From: Camelus dromedarius
Lineage: Eukaryota
Reading direction: 5' to 3'
Assembly: GCF_036321535.1 (NCBI RefSeq)
Contig: NC_087438.1
Location: 11,968,001-12,032,000, forward strand
Length of the DNA: 64,000 bases
Made by a program: the position numbers and the translations under genes
Notes under the pieces: model-generated
The model's input: only the letters and a program-made list of their open reading frames with translations
Databases searched by the model: none
Told to the model about the DNA's origin: nothing
Part shown: piece after piece, positions 63,132-64,000 of the stretch
How positions within the stretch are numbered: the first letter of the stretch is position 1
Layout of the letters: each line of letters starts with the position of its first letter

Positions 63132-63789
63132 CATACCGAGCAGGACCCTGCAGGGCCTTCCCAGGATGGAACCCTCCCCACATTCTCCGCTGTAGCTCCT
63201 CTCTGAAGTACTCAGATAACAGGATCTCATGCATGTTTCCTGAGTTTTTCAGATGCTGAAAACCACCACCAAAGGGAAGAAATTAACTACTTGATGATCA
63301 AGAGCCCGTGGCCAATGGACCTTCTGGCGCCTAGGGGTTGACAGTGTTGACCGCCCTGTTCCCTCCACATCAACCGGTCAGAGAATTGTGCACACAAGAG
63401 CTGATCACATTACCTGCGACCCCTCTCCCTTACCTGGACTTAAAATATGCTTTTCTGAGAAGAGGGGGCCATAATAGCTCAGTGGTAGAGTACATGTCTA
63501 GCATGCATGAGGTCCTGGGTTCAATCCCCAGTACCTCCATTTAAAAAATTAAGTAAATAAATAAATAAACAAACCTAATTACCTCCTCCCTTCAAAAAAT
63601 AAGTAAAATAAAAATTTTAAATATATGCTTTTCTGAAACCCTTGGGGAAGTTTGGGGTTTTCCTGGGCATGAGCCACCCCATCCTCTTTGCTCAACCCTG
63701 TAATAAACCTTTCTCTGCTCCCATCTCCGCCATTTTCAGTTTGTTTGGCCTCACAGTGCAACAGGCAAACAAAATTATGTTCAGTAACA
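63132..63789 (+). mobile_element. ERV solo LTR interrupted by a SINE
   Basis: AATAAACCTTTCTCTGCTCC...TTTCAGTTTGTTTGGCCTCAC...GTAACA terminus; 5' boundary approximate. Confidence 0.65.
63459..63622 (+). mobile_element. tRNA-derived camelid SINE (Vic-1-like)
   Basis: TAGCTCAGTGGTAGAG...GGTCCTGGGTTCAATCCCCAGTACCTCC with A-rich tail; perfect 14-bp TSD ATATGCTTTTCTGA at 63445-63458 and 63623-63636. Confidence 0.92.
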
Positions 63790-63824
63790 TTTATCCTGAA
63801 AACAAAACCACACAAGAGAAAAGC

Positions 63825-64000
63825 GAGCTGCTCACTATTCACAACAGCCAAAAAGTGGAAACAATCTAAATGTCCATCAACTGATGACTAGAGAAGGAAA
63901 ACTGTCGGATATCCAAATAATGGAATATTATTCAGCCATGAAAAGCAATGAAGTGCTGAAAGGTGCTACAACCAGATGCCCCTTGAAAACATCACACCAA
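63825..64000 (+). mobile_element. Old L1M fragment
   Basis: CACTATTCACAACAGCCAAAAAGTGGAAACAATCTAAATGTCCATCAACTGATGA...TGGAATATTATTCAGCCAT. Confidence 0.85.

Noticed and set aside
1..64000. A novel multi-gene or prokaryote-like system (CRISPR array, operon, retron, endogenous viral gene, NUMT)
   Set aside because: By eye I saw no regularly spaced repeats, no ORF over 189 aa, and no viral or mitochondrial-like segment. The window is explained by one spliced gene plus mammalian repeats. A highly decayed insert could still escape manual reading; TBLASTX against viral and mitochondrial sets would settle it.
7466..64000. RETREG1 exons 1-3 of the long isoform
   Set aside because: I found no minus-strand exon encoding the expected GAQLWRSLSE-like peptide; these exons most likely lie beyond the right edge.

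Overview
Eukaryotic (mammalian) genomic DNA, most likely a camelid, judged from five tRNA-derived SINEs resembling the Camelidae Vic-1 family and cetartiodactyl-type L1 3' ends. The minus strand carries the 3' part of RETREG1 (FAM134B, an ER-phagy receptor): exons 4-8 are complete (7339-7465, 4698-4782, 3551-3688, 2729-2793, 2365-2491) and last exon 9 runs off the left edge (1-156). Everything from 7466 to 64000 appears to be intron 3 of the long isoform; I could not find exons 1-3. Inside that intron is the alternative first exon of the short isoform FAM134B-2 (ATG at 32327, MPEGEDFGPGK-S), which splices in frame to exon 4. The spliced frame is intact: [29 protein letters not shown]...[22 protein letters not shown]...[13 protein letters not shown]...[23 protein letters not shown]. 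The rest is typical intronic DNA with LINE, SINE, LTR and DNA-transposon relics and microsatellites; nearly all supplied ORFs look spurious. I found no credible undescribed biological system. The best second-look items are the MEF2/RORE-NBRE-like/E-box/FoxO cluster upstream of the FAM134B-2 ATG, a GC-AG intron, tandem splice sites around intron 6, a 30-nt tailless U6 retrocopy with a perfect target-site duplication (TSD), and an unidentified polyadenylated insert splitting a MER33 element. Gene and repeat names come from memory of consensus sequences, not from searches; repeat boundaries are approximate.
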